Source: Monocercomonoides exilis PA203 (Eukaryota > Protista > Preaxostyla). From it: 64,000 nucleotides of DNA. Position 1 is the stretch's first letter. The number at the start of each line of letters is the position of its first letter. The notes below the pieces were generated by a model that ran no database searches, was not told the DNA's origin, and saw nothing but the letters and a program-made list of their open reading frames with translations. The stretch spans positions 538,329 through 602,328 of the forward strand of contig LSRY02000053.1 of the NCBI GenBank assembly GCA_001643675.2. Reading direction: 5' to 3'. Of this stretch, positions 36,313-50,785 are shown in pieces. A program made the position numbers and the translations under genes.

Positions 36313-36868
36313 TAACTACGCTTTTTTTCATTTTTGAAAGTTAGTTGTGATCAAAAGATCGATTTTTCTTATTATAAGCTCACGAATCAATTATTTACGA
36401 TGAATTGTGTTTTGCTTAAAAAAATTTTTATGCAATAAAAATAGTTATGTATTTGATAATGGAACTCATTGCATATTTTATCTTTTACAAGCTAACTGTA
36501 GTGAATATTTTAAAAATCTTTCCACTAATTTTTAATTCTTAACAGCATGAGGAAGGTATGATATTATGTGACTAAGGTTTAATAAGTTTATTGGAAAAAT
36601 CAGAACTTTGCATTCAGGATGAACTTTTAAATGGCACTTTTTTTGGTTTTGCTAACCTGCTTCAAAAAACATGTTTTGACTTTCAACACTTTCGAATGCA
36701 TTATTTTTTTTGATATGTTAATAAAAAAAGCTTTTTTTTTTATTAATCCTTTCAGAACTTTGTCTTAAAATCATTTCAACTCAATAGGTGGAACAGATTT
36801 CTTGTATATTTATTTGTGGACAATGAAAAGAAAGCAAAGAAGATGTTGAAAAATTTCAGGTTCCGTTA

Positions 36869-37265
36869 CAGTTTGCACAAAATATCCCAAGCATCGCAAA
36901 AAATACCGGACAAGATCGATTTCTCAATAACCGCAAGAGGAATAATTCTGACAATTTTCCTCGAAATATATCTCATTAAGACAAACTCATTAGACATACG
37001 AGAATTTCAAAATTGCTTCATTTGTGCTCAGAAAAAAAAACAATCGAAATTTGGGGAAAACTCAAAATTCTATTTCTCCGAGATTTAAAAAAATAAATTT
37101 CTCTAAGCACAAATGAAGCTATTTTGAAAGTCTCGTTTATCAATTGAGTTTGTATTGACGAGATGTGTTTTGAGGAAAATTGTCAGAATTATTCCTCTCG
37201 CTGTTATTGAGAAATCGATCTTGTCCGGTATTTTTTGTGATGCCCTGTATTTTTTGCGCAAACTG
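36869..37265. mobile_element. Fold-back MITE, Tc1/mariner-like, TA target duplication
   Basis: TA|CAGTTTGC...GCAAACTG|TA; imperfect TIRs of ~165 bp make up most of the 397-bp element. Confidence 0.85.
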
Positions 37266-37944
37266 TAATAGCAACAATTATATATATGAATTTATGATTA
37301 AAGTGAAATAAAAAGAATTATTTGAATTTTGACTTTTTATATTTTATTTCGATCAATTTTTGAAAAAAACGGTTCGACCTTTTTTTATGAAACTTAAATT
37401 ATCAACTAATTTGACAGTTATTGCATCTTAATTTCAAACGAGTAATTATTTTTGTTATCATATAATTTCAATTGAACATTTCGATTTGAAAATTTCTTTC
37501 GAAAGTCAAAATAATGAACACAAAAAAGTGAAAGCACTCTCAAAAATAGGATGGCGTTTTGTATTTATCTCAAACATTGGCTTAAGGAACAATAATTACA
37601 AACATAACATTTGTCTGAAAAAAATAAAGCATGTTTCATGGGACAGCTAATTTATCATCACTCCGAAATAAAGTTATGATTTCAAAAATAATCACCCATT
37701 TTTTTTCATCCTATTTTTCACGTTATTTTGTTTTTTGAAGTTTGGGTTATAATTTTTGAATCCAAATTTTCTCTGTCCAAATTTTTGTTTTTGAAATTTT
37801 CGTAGCATGTTTATTAAAGAACACTTGAAAGAAATAACTTTTTGGTCTTGAAGTGATGACTTTTTTTAATCTCAAACATTGTGTTATCTTGTTATTGATT
37901 CATTTTCATTTTTTCGTTGAATATTTTCTTTCTCGGCTGAAAAA

Positions 37945-37979
<35 letters not shown>

Positions 37980-39864
37980 AACCCCCCTCAAAAAATGAAT
38001 TTTATCTAAAATAATCTCATTTTTATAATATTTGATTTTCAAAAAATTCTCTGACACTATTCGTTGCACTTTATTATTTTGCAAACAAGTTTAATAAGAT
38101 CGATTTATGTTATCGATGAAAAAATGTCAAATTTTAATGGAATAAATAATAAATCAACTGAGACTTTTCGATAAGAATTTCACATATTATTTCTAATAAA
38201 AATTTTAATAATTTCTCAAATTTTCGAACAAAAAAGTTTCATATTGTTCATCCAAAACACTTAAATTATTAAAGTTTAAATTTTGAATAAGAATTGAACG
38301 ACTTTGATAAATTATTATTAGCCATATTTCTTCAATAAAATGTCATTTTAATTACACATGACGAAGAAAATAAATGGGACAAAATTTTATGCATTTTGAA
38401 TTTTGCTCCACTCAATAATTTCTTTTATTTTTCTCAATTTTAACAATTTTCTGTATTATTTTATATGAGAATACAAGACTTATTATGATATAATTTCAGA
38501 AAATATTTGGATCAAATCTTTGTATTTTTCACAAAACATGAAATTTTATTCAAAATTCTTTATCATTTTCTGTTTGTTTTTTGGATTCTATAATTTGAAA
38601 ATATTATTCGGAAAAGCTTTTCTGAATGATAAATCAGAAACCAATAAGTAAATCAATACTGTTGAATCATTTATAATAACTCCAACGGTGACATCAAACA
38701 AAGATAAAGATGTATTGATTATTTAATTTTTGTGAAATTATTTTTGAAATTGGATGGCCAAGTGAAACACAACAATTTCATCAATAACACAAAAAGATGT
38801 TATGTATGCATTTTGTATTGTTCTATTGATTGTGAAGATATTTCCTTCTGTATCCTTTCCAATTCTCAGGAAAATGAGTTATTGTTGAAATGGCCAATCT
38901 CTGCTTTGGAGAACAATACGATGAGAATGGAGCAGATTATTATACAGCAATAAGGAAATAAATGAAGTTACGGAAGATACATGACTTTCATAATTTTTAT
39001 TTGGTGCAAGAGATGAAAACAAATTCGATTGTTATTTTATTGAATGAAGATAATCAGAAGGAATTCAGTGAAGGACAAAATCTGCACAAAATTATATAGA
39101 ATTTAAGAGCGTAAGGCAGGGGAGCAGTTTTTTGGCAAGGAAAGTGGCTGGCAATATCGAGGGAAGGATATTTATCACAAAAAAAGGCAAGAATTGAATG
39201 AAAAAAAGGAGAACCTCAAAATGTCAATTTTATTTATAAGGTATTTCTGTTTCTCTGACTGCGCCAGGCAGATATGGAAAGTGATGAAATTCTATTTCTG
39301 ATCCGCTTTTGCTCCAAAAGAGTGGAGAAACACCAACTACGAGACATCCAATTATCGAATATTTGTTGGCAGTCGAACAACATTCAGTTCAACTGCATCT
39401 GGATTTCATTCTTCGAAGGGACAGCCATTTTGATCAAGCAAGGCGATTATCATTCGAAGTTTGCTTTCTTTTACGCAATGTCCAATGAAAGAGAATTTGA
39501 TGGTTTTTGTTTTCATCGTTTGTTTTTCAACAAAGCTGTTGTTTCGCTCAGATTCTATGTTTGTGCATGGTCCATTGAATTTTGTGCCTTAAATATCAAA
39601 GGAAGCATTGCAGTGGAATTGTCATCAACTGTATAAGTGTGATGAATGAATGCCAACTTTTTCTATCATTCTTCCTCCTCGATGTTGAAGCACAGCCAAT
39701 TCATTCAATTAATTTTCATCAGGATTTATCTACGTCATACACAATCTCGTTGACATATGATACCTTTTTATCACACAGTTCGAAGAATCGTATCATTCAA
39801 ACACAGAAATATGAAAATTATTATCTTCCTTATCAACTCCAAATTGTTTATTTATTGTGTTAAT

Positions 39865-40140
39865 TCTTCTTTTTCTTCTTCCTCCTCCTCTTTTCGTTTT
39901 TCCAGCACCGCTAGCTCAATCGCTGCTGACGACTGAACTACTTCCTCCATCCTCATTTCTGATTCCTTCAGTTCCTTCTCCGAAATATCTTTCTCTTCTC
40001 ACACCACAACCCCTCGTTCCATAACTTCGTCGTCCAGCTTCACCACCGCACGCCTCGACTGCGTGTATCGCGATACAAGCCGCTCTATCTTTTACGGATG
40101 CTTCGATTGGTTAAGCAGATCGTTGATTGATGGGAACTCA
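39865..40140. repeat. Diverged dispersed repeat, inverted relative to ~46170-46445 (decayed Ser-rich gene fragment)
   Basis: Shared blocks such as CCTCTTTTCGTTTTT, AGCTCAAT.GCTGC and TCGTCCAGCTTCACCACC.CACGC.TCGACTG with the reverse complement of 46170-46445. Confidence 0.6.
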
Positions 40141-42658
40141 TTTTCATCTACCGCAGCAAAGATCCGCTTGCTCCCAGCCTTTGTTCACACCGAAGCTGCA
40201 AGCGACGAAGCCTGACCAACAAAAGGAACTGAAAGCACCACCTAAAGCACAACATCCTACGCACACACAACACCCCCATACAGCACCGCCCGCAGCGCCA
40301 TAACATATCCCCGCAGCGTCTGTAGCGCACTTGGTAACAACTTCATGTGATTTGCATGTGCCCAGTTTCTTCTGGCACAACAATCCACATCCGTCTATTG
40401 ATGTAGTCCATCGCTGCTGCAGACGTGCATAACACCTTTTCCATCAAGGAATCTGAAGGTTCAATCGAAGGAGCGGTGGATGATGAGAATAACTGCTTGT
40501 CTCCTGCTGCATTCTTCTCTTCTCTTTTGCGTTGCACAAACAGCGATGAAACAGACGAAGAAGGCAAAGAAGCTGAGTGAAGAAATGACTGCTGTTCTGC
40601 CAAACATATTTGTGACTTTTTGAAAAGTGATATTATTTCTTGAATGATTCATCAACATCATAAAGCAAACTATCAGTCGAAAACTTAAAACAGAAATTGC
40701 AAACTTTGCCAGCGAGAAGCAGAATGTGCCATTAGAACAATTGAGGAAGAATAAACACAGGCAAAGAAAGCGAGAAAAGATTAGAAGATGCTTTTCGTGC
40801 TTCAGACAGTCTGAAGAGGAAAAATTTGAAGGCTGGTGAAGCTCTGACAGAAGAGGAGTTGAATGGAAAAGTGATGGAAGCTGTGCGTTTGCGGAAGAAT
40901 TTCGAGGAAACTAACTTTTGAAACTATGTTATTGAGCCAAAATGAATGAAGATGCATTGAAGAGAAAGAAGAAGAAAAAGAAGAAATTCTGTTTGAAAGT
41001 CTTATGCTTTGATGATGCTGATGAAGCTGTTGACAATGATAGAAGAACAAGAAGAGCGAAGAAATATCAGATGAAATGCCTTTCTTGTTTGTTGATTGTT
41101 TGTCGAAAAGAATTTGAAATGAGAAACACAATTTGATAATAAAGAAGAAGAAGAGGAAGAAGAAGATGATGATGAGAAGAGAAGAAATGAAGAAGAAGAT
41201 GAAGAAGAAGCAAATGCTGAATGATCAGAGTTCAACGCTATGACTGCTTTCGCAAATAAAAATTTTGCAGTTTCAGAGCTGAAGAAAGAAATAAGAAATA
41301 GAGTTGAAATGAAAAATGAAAGAAAATGAGTTTGATGGAGCTGTTTGAAATACAGCTGAGTGACAAAGGCGAGCAAGGCTCATTTGAAGGAAATGAAGAA
41401 ACATTGGATAGATTCGAATTTCATTGTAACCAACAGCAACAAAAGAAGGCAGATCCATTCCATGTTGTAACATTGAATTTGATGGCGATTCAAACAACAA
41501 ATTCCCAAACACAAAGAAGGTGTTCTTTCCATCAGCCAAGTTTTAAAAAAATCTCATCAATGAAGAAATCGAAGGAGAAGGAGAAGAAAATTCACTGCCC
41601 ACAAAAATGCTGCTTGAAATGGTTTGTCCCCGGAAATAACGCTCAACACAAAAAATGCTGTTGGCTGGAATGGAAAAAAGATTAAAAAATTATAAAATAA
41701 GAATAATTAGTTTTGCATTGATTATATAAATTTTTTCAAAAGAACACACATGCCTTCCCTATTGCAAATGCAGAGGATTGTCCAATCACTGATGCTGCCA
41801 GACTCCTTTTCCATTGTTTCCCTGTGCTCCTTTCTCCATCATCCTTTTTTCCCACATAAAAAAATCCTGCTTTCAATGTTTTCATCCACTTTCTTTTTCA
41901 GAAAAAAATCTCTTCATTTTTTCTTTCCAAGCGATGTCAAATTGTTGGTATTCTTCTTTTTTTTCCTTTCATCCAAATGCTTTGAAATCGAAATTGTTTT
42001 CTTCCCCTGCTCCAATCTAACGCGTAAAATATGCAATTCCCATCTGCTGATTGCATTTTGACATACAGCTATCTTCTGATGTTCTCCTCAGAAAAACAAA
42101 AGAATGGCTATTAAGATAATTTATCAGATTCTTGACTCTGAAAAGGCCACTGATGGAAACATCTTTAAAAATGAACAAGAACTATAATAACATACAAATA
42201 TTAAAGCATTTTCTTTTATCTATTCAGAAATTGCTGTATTCCATTCAAATATGTTTTTCGCAAAAATCATCTCACCCAATTCCATCATCAATTCCCCATC
42301 TTCTCTGTTTCGTACCACCACACAAAATAAAATCGCATATCCTACAGAAAATATTCACTCACCAATTTCTCATTCAGCCTATTGTTATGCCAGTCCAAAT
42401 TATCTCTTTCGATCATTGAATCCATTACAGATAAAGAAAAATTGAAAAAGAGTTGTTTCTTTTCATAATCCTCAGCCAAAATGTCAACAAAAGAAAGAAC
42501 GGTATAAACACATATTTTTACGACTCTTTTGAGTTTTTATTTTTCATCTATTTCTTCTGTCCAATGATATTCGAATTCAATGTGAATGATAAATTTTTAT
42601 TGTATTCCGAACATAATGAACTTTGAAAAAATGTAGAAGACGGACACCTCAAAGAAAT

Positions 42659-44037
42659 ATGCCAGCTTATATTCATCGTTAACAGAATTTCAGATGAATG
42701 GATTCTTTATTTATTTTTTCATTTCAGAGTTGTTTTCTGAGCTTAAGGATTGCGATGAAGATGAACAGAGAAAGAAAATTATTGAAATGAATGATACAGT
42801 TGATGAAATGAACGAGGAAGAATTTGAATCCATTTTCACTGAAGAAATATTCGACAAAATATCCAAAATGATTGAAGAAAAGAAATTGTTAATGAAAAAT
42901 GCAATCTTGTTGTTGAAGCATGTTGGATATTACAATGTGCTGAAAAATGTATGGAATTCATGCTTTTTAAGATCTTCACTGGGCGAAAGATTGTCAAAGA
43001 TGATTATTGAAGAAGAAAAGAAAGAAAAAGAAAAGAATGAAATTATTCTAGCAGATCTTTGTGAATGTTGCTTATCTTTGAACTTCGGTTATCAAACAAA
43101 ATTTATTTCAACGTGTGTGCCTTGTCTTCTGAAAGTTTCTTTGAACAAAGAGGAAAACGAGGAGGCACAAAAAGAAGTGGAAATGGCTTTGCTTGCTTTG
43201 AGCAACATTAAACCAATACACGTATGTTTATTTATTGATTTATTTATTTATATTTTTCTTATCTTTTATTAGAACGTGCTTAAAGATCTGTATTTGAATG
43301 AAATCAAAGAAATTATTAAACATCATCAGGAACATCACAATCTGACACGACTTGCCTATCAGTCTGTTTGGCAGTTTTTGATTTACAGATTTTTCAACGA
43401 CAAAAGCTTGAATGATATCGTTGTGAATGAGCTGCAATTTGTGGGAGAAGCAAGAAGAGAACTGGAAGAGCTTACAAAGCGTGTGGATTGGAAGAAAAAG
43501 AAAGAAGAGGAAAAACGAAAAAAAGCGAAAGAAGAATTTGTATTGATGAGATGGCTCCACACGTTAGCGATTTATTTTAGCTGTTGTCGATTGAAGAACG
43601 AAGAATTTGCTGGACTTATTGGAGGAGTTGTTCAGGTGTATCGAGCAGCAAAAGGGAATAATGAGGAAATTGTCAGAGAATGCGTTTTTGCATTTAAAAC
43701 GGCAGCAGAAAATAAAAGTGTGAAAGTTGAAGATTTATTGAAAGGAGGAGCAGTTGATGCTGTTTTGGAGGAGATGCAACGACCAAAGTTGGATGACAAA
43801 ATTGCGTTTTACAGCTTGAAATTCTTTACGAATATTTCAAATCGATTGGAAGAAAAGAAGAAAGAAGAAATGGAAGAAGAGGAAAGAAAGATAACGAAAA
43901 GGAAGGTTTTTGAAGAGATGGAAGAAGAAGGATACAAAGATGTTATCACATGCTTTCATGAAATTATAGATTTTCTTAACAAAAGAAATTATCACAAATT
44001 ATCGATGAATATTTCTGATTATCTTGTGAATGTTTGA
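42659..44037 (+). CDS. Hypothetical Glu/Lys-rich helical protein, multicopy family (start uncertain); intron 43222-43272
   Basis: ORFs 42694-43272 and 43276-44037 are joined in frame by a 51-nt GTATGT...TAG intron; clear paralogue at 49142-50603. Confidence 0.75.
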
Positions 44038-46429
44038 ATAAATATGATGTTATTTATTCTGTAACTCCAATTATTCAATTTTTCTTTTTTCATCATGTTG
44101 CAAAATAGTAAATAATCATTTGAATATTTTTTTAAATAATTTTTTTGTCTCACTTCATTTTGATGAAATGAAGAAAAAAAAAAAGAGAGAGACTTAAAAA
44201 GCCTTCCATTTTCCTCTTTTTCAAATGATTTGTCTGTTAATCAAGTTTCATGAAACAAAAATCAGTGAGTCCTTTCTCATTCATCAACTTGAAAAGTCTC
44301 TTCTCTGTTCCTTTGAGTGGTTTTGTGTTTCTTCAGCTTCTTCTATTGCTTTTCCTTATTCCATATAATTTCAGAGAATTGAAAAAAAAAAAACCAAAAC
44401 TTTGTGAAGAAAAAAAAAGTATTTTTTGAAATGAAAATGAATGATAAGAAAAAAAAAGATTTTTTTTGGTAAATGGTCGTTCTTTTGCCACTTTTTAATC
44501 ACAAAAACCAAAATTCTTCTTCTGTTAACGTTCTGTCTCTCTTTCCTCCTCTTCTTTCTCTTCATATTCTCCATTATCACACGCATCTCTTTTCCGTTCT
44601 GTGGTTCAAGTGCTCTTTTTTCATGTTGGGTAAACGAACCAATTCCATCTGAATCATCGTTTGCAACTCCCAGGCTTGTGGAAACTGAGAAAATAGACCG
44701 TTTTTTCTGGAAGAAGAAGAAGAAGATGAAGATAAAAAAGTCTCGCTCTTTCAACGTGTCTAATGTTGGAACTGAGTCAAATTAACTGTTTTCAGTGGTA
44801 TTTCCAGCTGAACACTTTGTTAAAGAAGCTTCTTCAAAATTCGTGGTTCCATTTGCGAAGAATTTGGAAAGATGCTTGAAATAATCATTGACCATTGAAA
44901 TATTTCAGCTGTGATAGGAGTGCAATCAGATGAAATAACACCGACCAATGAAAACCTTCAAAAGACGAATTTCCACAATATTCCTTGTTGATTCAGCTGA
45001 ACATGGAACAATGTGTTGCTTTTATCCTTTATTTCTCCCCCCTTTTAGCTGGCTTGAGTGGGATTGCAAACAAAAAATGAAAAGCCCTAACAAAACCAGT
45101 TCATCATTCACCATTCAAGTTGAATTCTCAGAAATAGCGTGTAACTTTCTCTGCTGTAGCAAAATTATTTCATCTCTTTCTTCTTCGAATTAATCTGATT
45201 CCTCATTATTTTATGAAAGTTCACTGAATAAAAAAATAACAATTCAAAAATATCAATTAAAATTGCAAACCTTTCAAACATTTTTTCCAATCGGTTTTCA
45301 ATATTTTTCATATGAACATAGCTCGTTTTCCTCCACAAAATACTCACAATCAAATGTTTTTCTTGATTTCTTCTGTTTTCAAATATTATCCCAAGCAGCA
45401 GAATCTGATTCAGATACAACTTCAATCTTTGCCGCAGATATATCTTCAAAAGATATTTTCTAATATTCTGCTAACCCCTCATCTGCCTCACAAGAATTCG
45501 TCATCACATACACAATCATCCTTTTCTTCTTCTCCTCCTTCTTCTTCCTCCTCCTCTTTTCACTTCAATTCTTTGCCTAAAAGCGACCCTGATCCATCTA
45601 TTCCCTTCCCTCGAACACTGAAAAAACTCACAGGTGTTTGTCCTTTGTGATCCAAATGCTGATGTTGAGCTTGATTTTCTGGTGGAGCTGCCAACAGAAG
45701 TGATAATGTGTCTGAAAAAGCTTCTTGTTGTCATCTAAATGTAGCAACCTTTAATTTCCCTCAACGTCTCCATCTTCTTCGTCTGCTTCATCGCATTTCA
45801 TGCAACGACGATGTGGAATGGAGAAGGTGGCAGAGGATGAACAGTCATCATCATCGTTATCAGCGCCTGCAATCAGTTCTTCACATTCTTCATTCAGAGC
45901 TGCAACAAACTTATCATTAACAGAAATGGATGATATGAGGATGGCTGCAAATTGCGGCGCATGAGGCAGTTGTGGTGAATGAACAGTGCATGTCGCTGTT
46001 GCTGTTGATGCTTCTGTTCCCTCAGACTCTATGATTGAATTTTTTGATAAGATTTGTGGAATTTTCAATGTTCCTTTTAGTTCCGCTGACAGCTCCGCTT
46101 TCGTCTCATGCATCCTCGGTGGGAGCGCAGTCAAAGAAGGAAGAGGATATTTGAGGTGGATGATGTGAACAGCATTTCCTTCGATCTTCGATCTTTTTGA
46201 CCAGTCGCTGCAGTAGATGATGATTGTGTGACTTGCATTGCTGCTGCAACAGTCGATGCGTGTGGTGGTGAAGCTGGACGAAGAATAGATGGGGCGAATA
46301 GCTTTAGTGTGTGAAGTTGGAGATATTGTGGAGAAGGAATTGGAAAAGGGGCTGGAGGCAGCTGAGCAGATGATGGTGGATGTGTTTCTGTTGCCTGCAG
46401 CTATTGAGCTGATGGTGATGAAAAAACGA

Positions 46430-46668
46430 AAAGAGGAAGAAGAAGAGGAAGAAGAAAAAGAAGAAGAAAAAGAAGAAAAAGAAGAAGAAGAAGAAGAAGA
46501 AGAAGAAGAAGAAGAAGAAGAAGAAGAAGAAGAAGAAAAAGAAAAAGAAGAAGAAGAAGAAGAAGAAGAAGAAGAAGATAAAAAAGAAGAAAAGAAAGAA
46601 GAGGTAAAAGAAGTAGAAGAGGTAGAAGAGGAGGAAGAGGAGGAAGAGGAGGAAGAGGAAGAAGATGG
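46430..46668. repeat. (GAA)n-rich microsatellite
   Basis: Long imperfect GAA/GAG run. Confidence 0.9.
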
Positions 46669-47279
46669 TTAAGAAAAATAGAAGATATCAGATTTTCTAC
46701 GTCATATTGCGCCATTGAAAAAACTGAATGTGCTCTGAATGTTAATGCACAGCCAGTTCATCAGCTCCAACAAAAGAGTAGCTTCTTCCAAACCCTCAAT
46801 AAATAAGCCCAACAAACCGCCTTTATCTTTCAAGTTCAAGTCAATCATTGTCAGGCTATGCAGCATTCAAAGCAAATGGCAGAAGTCACGAATATCATCG
46901 TTGAATGCAAGGCAAACAAGAATAATCTCATAAACTTCTGGTTCTTTTGAATAAGGATAAACAGGATTCTTTCCGTGTCATTCCTGTTCGTGATCAATCT
47001 GTATTCATTGAAAACACACATTTAAGAAAAATGAATGAAACAAACAAAAAAAAAAATCAAACTACTTTTTGGCCTTGAAATATTTTCCCATCTCCAATGG
47101 TTTGGTAATTATCGACTCAGCTGGCTTTCTTGTTCTCCAAAATTTCCTCTTGCCACATAAAAAAAACAGACAACCAGACAACAAATGGCTGGCAAAGAAC
47201 ATCATCGAAGGAAGAGAATCAATCTTCGGTCATGCCATGACATCAGATGAAAACACACATTCTCTACTCCTTTTTTAAA

Positions 47280-48500
47280 CGGACTGATAACTCCAACCTA
47301 TTCTTCTCCTTCTCACCTTCGCATCTGTCAGCAGACTCTGCTGAATGCATCAAGATCTCCATTCTGTTAATGCTTCTTCTCTCCATCCAGCTGCTATTCA
47401 ACATCAACGGAATGACATTTAGCGATGCCCTGAGTGATTCAATGATTCGGATGGAAGGAAACAAGACAAACACTTTCAAAAGGCAGATGCTTCCAGAAGC
47501 TCTGGCAGACAAGCACGATGAGTGCGAGTGCATTCGCAAGCGACTGAAGGTTGTTGTGGATGGAATTGATGAGAAGCTGCAAGAAGAAACAGTTTTTGAG
47601 TGAAGGTTCATAAAAGTTTGAAAACAAATCAAAGAATAGAAAAAGAAGAGAAAGAAAGCAGAAAAAGAAATAAAAGATAAAAAAATGTATTTATAAATGA
47701 AGCAATACCACTTTTTTTTAAAAAAAAATAAGCTCATCTTCTCGCCTCTCAAATTGAAGCAGTCTGTCTTTGATAATCTCTTCACAGCTGTTTGTATTTT
47801 TTTTTCAAAAAAAAGTTAAAAGATCGGTAACGTTTAAAAAAAAGAAAAAGAAAAAAGAAAATTGGAAATATAAAACTTGAAATTATTATTGTCCAAAAAG
47901 AATGAGTAATTTTTTATATTTTTTATGATTTCTTTCTTTCTTTCTTTCTTTTTCATTAATATTTTTTTTAAAAAAAATCAAATATCAAAATATGACTTTA
48001 TTTGGATAACACACCTTAACTTGATCAAACACTTCAATTGCAGTCTGTTCTGTCTTGGCAGATTCATTTTGATATCGTTCGTGTTGCTTCAAGTTTTGCC
48101 TCGAACTCCATGCTGATATTGGAGAATCAACAACTGTTAACATAACAACCCAAAATGATAATTTTCCTAAAAACTCAACAAGTGTCTTCACTGAAAAATA
48201 CGCAACAAGCGGTAACACCATTGAACAATTAATATGTTGAAATGAACTCAAAAATTCAGTTGCAATTTGATTTCGAGATTGCTATAATCTTCCTTCTCCA
48301 TCTCGAATTCTTTCATCTTCGCTCAACCTCAAAGCCTTTTGGAATGAAAGCTCTTTCATTGCCCGATCAACAATGCAGCCCAATGTTGTCTCGATTCTGC
48401 ACCTAACGCATTCAGTTATCATGTTTCCGAGCTTCAAAAAAATGTGGCAAAACGAAAGCTTAATCCCCTCCATCAATTTTCCTTTAGCTCGAATAACCAA
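47280..48500 (-). pseudogene. Degenerate ABCC/MRP-type ABC transporter TMD1 fragment
   Basis: Fragments AMKELSFQKALRLS, AIEVFDQVKV and IESLRASLNVIPLMLNSSWMERRSINRME resemble ABCC TMD1 motifs (IYRKALRLS; E.L..IKVIK; LRFPL..LP......S..R). Many stops and frameshifts; no NBD seen. Confidence 0.5.
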
Positions 48501-49141
48501 CTCAAGAAACGACTAATTATAAAAGAATCCCAATAGCTTATAACTTTAACGAATAGGTGAAATCGAAATATCCACAGAAACCTGAAAACACTCTGAAATA
48601 ACAGGAAAAATCATTTCCATCAAGGAGTGCTTCCAGATGACACAAAATGCAAGTGCAAAAAATGAAATGCTAATGTTTGAATTTTGATTTGAATGAGCAT
48701 TGAAGTGTATGCACGATTAATCATCAAACGGTTTCTTTTTTGTCTCCTCTTTGCAAAGTTCTTTTCAAAGTCTTTTCTCTTCTTCTTCATGTTGCTCAGA
48801 AAGCGAAAATAGATATTTCATTTACATTCAATACTAGGCATGTGGGATATTTTTCAAAAAGTTCAAAAATTTCTATCGAAATTTCATTCATTTCAATGAA
48901 ATGAATTATTGTTGGCACGATCAAATAGAAATTAAATTCTTTCGTATTTGGCTAAATATAGCCTATATCTTGACTTCTTTGTAACCCCTTTTTAACATAG
49001 ATATTTTTTTACTTATAGAAGGAATTGAGTTTGGCCTTTATCTTTGTTTTGTCAACAATCATCAATGTTGTTTTTGTTTTTTGTTTTTTGTTTTTCAGTT
49101 GAAATTTTGAGGAAATTTGAGCTTTGTTAGTCATAGACAGA

Positions 49142-50603
49142 ATGGAAGTGTACGATGAAGGCAAATCTAATGATGATGTTCAGAAGCTATCATGTGATGA
49201 GAAATTATTAAGTTTGTTCATTTTTTATATTTTTTGAAAGCACCACATTTGATGTGTTTGCAATATATTGGAAGAATTATTTTCTTTACTAGAGCATTGC
49301 ACAGAAAGCGAGCAGAAACAGAAAATTGGGGAAATGAATGAAATAATTGATGGAATGAATAAAGATGAATTCAAATCTATTTTAACATCAGAACTGTTTG
49401 ATAAAATAAACGATTTGATTGAAGAAAGGAAAATGTCAATGGAAAATGCATTGTTGTTGCTGAAACGCATTGGATATTGCAAAGTGATGAAATGTACATG
49501 GATTTTTAGCTTTGAAAAATCTTCGTTGAATGATAGATTTGAGAAGATGATTATTGAAGAAGAAAAGAAAGAAAAAGAAAAGAATGAAATTATTCTAGCA
49601 GATCTTTGTGAATGTTACTTATCTTTGAACTTCGGTTATGGAACAAAATTTATTTCAACGTGTGCGCCTTGTCTTCTAAAAGTTGCATTGAAGAAAGAAG
49701 AAAGCGAGGAAATTCAAAAGGAAGTGGAAATGGCTTTGCTTGCTTTGAGCAACATTAAATATGATGCATGTGATATTCTATTTCATTTTTGATATAATTG
49801 ATTTATTTATTAATATTTTTCTTATCTTTTATTAGAACGTGCTTAAAGATCTGTATTTGAATGAAATCAAAGAAATTATTAAACATCATCAGGAACATCA
49901 CAATCTGACACAACTTGCCTATCAATCAGCTTGGCAGTTTTTGATTTACAGATTTTTCAACGACAAAAGCTTGAATGATATCGTTGTGAATGAGCTGCAA
50001 TTTGTGGGAGAAGCAAGAAGAGAACTGGAAGAGCTTACAAAGCGTGTGGATTGGAAGAAAAAGAAAGAAGAGGAAAAACGAAAAAAAGCGAAAGAAGAAT
50101 TTGTATTGATGAGATGGCTCCAAACTTTGGGGTATTTCCTTTTCAACTGCCGATTGCAGAATGATGAATTTGTTGGGCTTATCAGAAACGTTGTTCAGGT
50201 ATATCAAGCAGCAAAGGAGAAATTCAGAGAAATTAGCTATTGGTGCATTTGTTCCTTGAGAAATGCATCAGAAAACGAAGCCATCAAAGTTGAAGACTTG
50301 TTAGAAAGCGGAGCTGTTGATGCTGTTTTTGAGGGAATGCAGCGACCAACGTTGAATGACAAAATTGCGTTTAACGGCTTGAAATTTTTTACGAATGTTT
50401 TAAATCGATTGAAAGAAGAGGAGAAAGATGAAAAGGAAGAAGAGGAAAGAAAGACAACGAAAAGGAAGGTTTTTGAAAAGATGGAAGAAGAAGGATACGA
50501 AGATGTTATCACATGCTTTCAAAAAACAATAGATTTTCTGAACAAAAAACAAGTTTTTTATGAATTATCATTGGATATTTCTGATTATTTTGTAAATGTT
50601 TAA
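49142..50603 (+). CDS. Hypothetical Glu/Lys-rich helical protein, paralogue of 42659-44037; probable GC-AG intron 49766-49835 (first exon uncertain)
   Basis: ORFs 49268-49792 and 49839-50603 are collinear with the paralogue; the intron is at the homologous position but has donor GCATGT. Confidence 0.72.
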
Positions 50604-50785
50604 ATCCAAAGCGCTTTTCTATTTCTAGCTTTTCGGAAATTGAATTTATTCAGTCAGAAAAAGAAAGGAAACAAAAGAAGAAGAAAAAGAAGAAAAAGAG
50701 GGGAGGAAATCGATGACAAGCCGAAAAGAGCCTTTTTCAGCTTCGTGCAATATCAATTCATTCTTCATCTATCTTCAACAACAGC

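Noticed and set aside
38640-42450. Short ORFs and coding-like patches (possible decayed receptor or helical-family genes; Cys/Gly-rich ORF 40144-40383)
   Set aside because: Too fragmented to assign a family or boundaries from sequence alone.
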